From: Patescibacteria group bacterium | Lineage (GTDB): Bacteria > Patescibacteriota > Patescibacteriia > 2-01-FULL-39-33 | Direction of reading: 5' to 3' | NCBI GenBank assembly: GCA_041662745.1 | Contig: JBAZRV010000006.1 | Location: 1 to 32,000, forward strand | Length of the DNA stretch: 32,000 nt | Part shown: positions 29,462-32,000 of the stretch, in pieces | How positions within the stretch are numbered: the first letter of the stretch is position 1 | Layout: each line of letters starts with the position of its first letter | Notes under the pieces: generated by a model | Seen by the model: only the letters and a program-made list of their open reading frames with translations | Told to the model about the DNA's origin: nothing | The model's database searches: none | Made by a program: the position numbers and the translations under genes

Positions 29462-30526
29462 TTAAGCGCAATAGACGGCTAAGGCCTTATCTATCGCTAC
29501 CTTAAACTGCTCTTGATGATGGCTCATAACCTTATAGCGTAAAAACGACTTGCGAGCGCGAAGCAAGCTGGCGCCATTATCATATTTGAATACGGGATCG
29601 CCGCTTATGTAATCAGTCAGGTATCTGATACCCAGCTCCAAAGAAATAATTCTTCCGGCCAACGCAAAATGCTCAATCTCCTCCGGCAACAGCAGTCTGC
29701 CCGTACCGGCCAAATAGCCGTTAAGCAAAGCGCTGAAACATTCGGTCGGAGAGGGGCGCTCGTCAAACTCCACGCCCAAAGCCGAACGGAACATATCGCC
29801 GAAATCAAATAAGCTATAGCCCGCCATAGTGGTATCCAAATCAATCACTGCCACCGCCGCGCCCGTGCTTTTATCCAATAAAACATTATCTATCCCCGTA
29901 TCATTGTGCGTTAACCGCAAAGGAATATTACCGCCGTTAATCAGCGCGGAGAATTCCATGATCTCCTCCAGCCGGCTTTTAACAAACTCAATTTCTTTCA
30001 GACAGTCGGCAACTCGGCCGAATTGATCTTGCTGTCGCGCCAAGACTAGCTGTTCATAACGCCATAGGGTATTATGAAAATCGGACACGACCACATTAAG
30101 CGCATTAAGCGGCAACTTGACTAGCAAAGCTAAGTATTGGCCGTAGGCTTTGGCGATTTCATACGCCTGATAGATATTTTCAATCCTCTGACAGCTGTAA
30201 GAATGATCAAAAAAATCATATAAGCGCCAATAAGCTCCCGCCTCATCGCGATGCCACAAAGCGCTGCCGTCTTTCAAGCCGACAGCGGACAAACCCAGCG
30301 CCTGGCCGCGGCCAGACACGATGGCAGAAAAATTCTCTAACAGTTTCAGCGGTTCAGGAAAATACTGGTCATTAACTCGCTGTAATAAGTATGACTTGCC
30401 GGCCAGAGTAACGCAAAAACTGTCATTAATCGCGCCTTTACCGTAACGCTCAATGCTGTCCGGCCGCGCGTCCAGAAACTTATGGGCGACCTCTGCCAAA
30501 TATTCAAAATCGAATTGTTGTTTCAT
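29462..30526 (-). CDS. APH-fold sugar kinase resembling N-acetylhexosamine 1-kinase (NahK/LnpB family)
   Basis: GKGAINDSFCVT...YLLQRVNDQYF, RLTHNDTGIDNVLLD, VIDLDTTMAGYSLFDFGD and GIRYLTDYISGD parallel the Bifidobacterium NahK motifs as I recall them. The start is set at the ATG at 30526 (GGGAGGCATATT-ATG) rather than the track start at 30595. Confidence 0.8.
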   Translation of the reverse strand: MKQQFDFEYLAEVAHKFLDARPDSIERYGKGAINDSFCVTLAGKSYLLQRVNDQYFPEPLKLLENFSAIVSGRGQALGLSAVGLKDGSALWHRDEAGAYWRLYDFFDHSYSCQRIENIYQAYEIAKAYGQYLALLVKLPLNALNVVVSDFHNTLWRYEQLVLARQQDQFGRVADCLKEIEFVKSRLEEIMEFSALINGGNIPLRLTHNDTGIDNVLLDKSTGAAVAVIDLDTTMAGYSLFDFGDMFRSALGVEFDERPSPTECFSALLNGYLAGTGRLLLPEEIEHFALAGRIISLELGIRYLTDYISGDPVFKYDNGASLLRARKSFLRYKVMSHHQEQFKVAIDKALAVYCA

Positions 30527-30543
30527 AATATGCCTCCCATCGA

Positions 30544-31200
30544 TTAAAGCGCGATTATATTTTCTCCGATACCACTGAATATGGATATGTGACAATTGCC
30601 AAAAGGCATAAGCTGCAATCGTTCTTTGGCCTTGTCAATTGTGACGTCCATAATCAGCCGCCAGAACAAGATACCCCATTTGCCATGACCAACAACCAGG
30701 ATCGTCTTAAAACCACTGTAACAACCATAGAAAAAATCATTTAAAAAAGAGCGAATCTGCAATTCTACATCAGGTCCGGACTGGCCGCCCGGTGCGCGGT
30801 AATGATACCAGCCTTCGCGCTTTTGGATTTGTTCCTCAAGCGGATACAGCCGAACAATATCCGCCTTGCTCATTGTGTGCCAGATGCCGCGCCACCATTC
30901 GTCCAAACGAGAATCCATAATCGGTTTCAAACCGCAAGGGTTATAAACTTCTGTAATTCCCTGCAGGGTTTGTTCGGTTCGCAGATAGCTGGAAAAAAAT
31001 GCTTGCTCCCAAGAAAGTCCCACAATCTTTAAAGCCCGACCGGCATGATGCGCTTGGTTTTGACCGTTTAATGTCAGGGGAAACCGATGATTCGGCAATT
31101 CAACCAATGACTCATCGTCCAAACCCTTGGCATTACCGATTGATTCACCATGGCGCACAAAAATAATTTTTTTACCACTATCTTTAAGCTGCTGCAACAT
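30544..31200 (-). CDS. Histidine phosphatase superfamily (phosphoglycerate-mutase-like) protein
   Basis: IIFVRHGESIGN (RHG motif) and LVVGHGKW (second catalytic His). SD AAAGGAGAAAAGAAT-ATG. Confidence 0.88.
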   Translation of the reverse strand: MLQQLKDSGKKIIFVRHGESIGNAKGLDDESLVELPNHRFPLTLNGQNQAHHAGRALKIVGLSWEQAFFSSYLRTEQTLQGITEVYNPCGLKPIMDSRLDEWWRGIWHTMSKADIVRLYPLEEQIQKREGWYHYRAPGGQSGPDVELQIRSFLNDFFYGCYSGFKTILVVGHGKWGILFWRLIMDVTIDKAKERLQLMPFGNCHISIFSGIGENIIAL

Positions 31201-31270
31201 ATTCTTTTCTCCTTTTTGCCCTCCGAAACATTAGTGTAGGAGGGTGGTTGTAAAGTGCGGTTTACTTTCT

Positions 31271-32000
31271 TTATTTCTTAATCGCTTGCCAATTAAATTC
31301 AAAAATCTGTTTTTGCATCTGATAAATTGACTCATTCTCCACTACCACGCCGAGGGAATTGCCGGAATCATCCAATCCGATGTGGGCGATCTTGCCGCCG
31401 TAGATCAATTCATGCGTCATTCTCAGGTTATCGCCGGCCACGGGAATCTGCCGTCTTTCATCCAGGCCGAAAATTCCGCCCGCTTCGCCCAGAGAAACCA
31501 CGCGTACGATTATCTTTTTATCGGTTCGCTTTTTATTGAAATCGGGCATAGCCGTATAAAGATGCTTGCGATCCTCAGCGGCGCCGGAAGAATAAACAAA
31601 ATAAACCTTATCCTCACGATTTCTCATGGTTTCCAACACGTCCTGCAGAATCTGCTTCATGCCTTGGTCGCCCTCATAAAATTTAACGGCCGGCCGATTG
31701 CCACTGCGTTCAAAAATCGCTTGCAAACGAGGCAAATTCTCTTTGATGTCCTCTTTAACCAGGGCCAGTTTCTCTTCGCGGTCTTCCAGGGCGTTTAAGA
31801 GCTTTTCCGGCGGTTCGGCCACAAAGAACTGTTTGGTTTGCTTGTGGTAATAAGTAACCAGCCCGACGGCAATAAGCGCTTTCAAAATATCATAGGTTGT
31901 TCCCCGATTAATCCCGGCTTTATCGGCCACGACGCGAACGGAAGACGGCCCCAATTCAATCAAAGCCAAGTAAACCGAGGTTTCCTTGTCGCTCAAGCCG
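31271..32000 (-). CDS. TrmB-family sugar-responsive transcriptional regulator. The 5' end is probably beyond the window edge.
   Basis: N-terminal winged helix: LSDKETSVYLALIELGPSSVRVVADKAGINRGTTYDILKALIAVGLV. The ORF is open to position 32000. Confidence 0.85.
   Translation of the reverse strand, partial: GLSDKETSVYLALIELGPSSVRVVADKAGINRGTTYDILKALIAVGLVTYYHKQTKQFFVAEPPEKLLNALEDREEKLALVKEDIKENLPRLQAIFERSGNRPAVKFYEGDQGMKQILQDVLETMRNREDKVYFVYSSGAAEDRKHLYTAMPDFNKKRTDKKIIVRVVSLGEAGGIFGLDERRQIPVAGDNLRMTHELIYGGKIAHIGLDDSGNSLGVVVENESIYQMQKQIFEFNWQAIKK

Noticed and set aside
29462-30595. Longer form of the kinase ORF, starting at 30595 and overlapping the phosphatase gene by 52 nt
   Set aside because: The internal ATG at 30526 has a GGGAGG SD and gives a non-overlapping operon arrangement. 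The extra 23 residues (MSHIHIQWYRRKYNRALIDGRHI) look non-native.
1-32000. Alternative genetic code (UGA recoding, as in some candidate phyla), rRNA genes, transposases or integrases, prophage, and known defence cassettes
   Set aside because: Long conserved genes read through cleanly with the standard code, and several genes end in TGA. No translation shows transposase, integrase, Cas, restriction, reverse-transcriptase or phage structural motifs. No rRNA-like conserved stretches were seen.

Overview
The window is a gene-dense bacterial chromosomal segment using the standard genetic code (TGA is used as a stop). It is roughly mid-40s % GC by eye. Many promoters match the TTGACA-17-TATAAT consensus, often with an extended TG, and most transcription units end in clear hairpin plus T-run terminators. 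Gene content and a dispersed GTCATTCC...GGAATCCAGG palindromic repeat family suggest a small-genome, Patescibacteria/CPR-like organism; this placement is inference only.

Recognisable housekeeping genes: folD, a secreted lytic-transglycosylase-like protein, tRNA-Cys(GCA), an O-antigen-ligase-family membrane protein, a divergent ClpP-like protease, an HD-domain protein, nfo, a YfcE-type phosphoesterase, a DUF167 protein, lgt, rpsO-pnp, mgtA, smc, a tandem-domain metallophosphoesterase, polA, and a minus-strand TrmB regulator / histidine phosphatase / NahK-like kinase operon.

I found no CRISPR array, rRNA, transposase, integrase or recognisable defence-gene cassette.

The most interesting material is non-coding or orphan:
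1. A promoter-to-terminator ~500-nt ORF-free leader upstream of mgtA. It has two hairpins that display the same 9-nt loop motif.
2. A 26-bp duplication of the tRNA-Cys 3' end that brackets a 123-nt GC-rich hairpin-rich insert. An orphan two-gene operon follows it.
3. A GC-rich orphan gene with non-native codon usage. It sits behind a structured leader carrying twin covarying hairpins.
4. A 770-bp ORF-free gap containing promoters, a 21-nt direct repeat and a long helix.
5. A cluster of palindromes and repeat elements. One copy of the repeat family is read through in frame inside polA, and another supplies the polA C-terminus and stop codon.

All functional calls come from reading motifs in the translations. 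No database search was possible.
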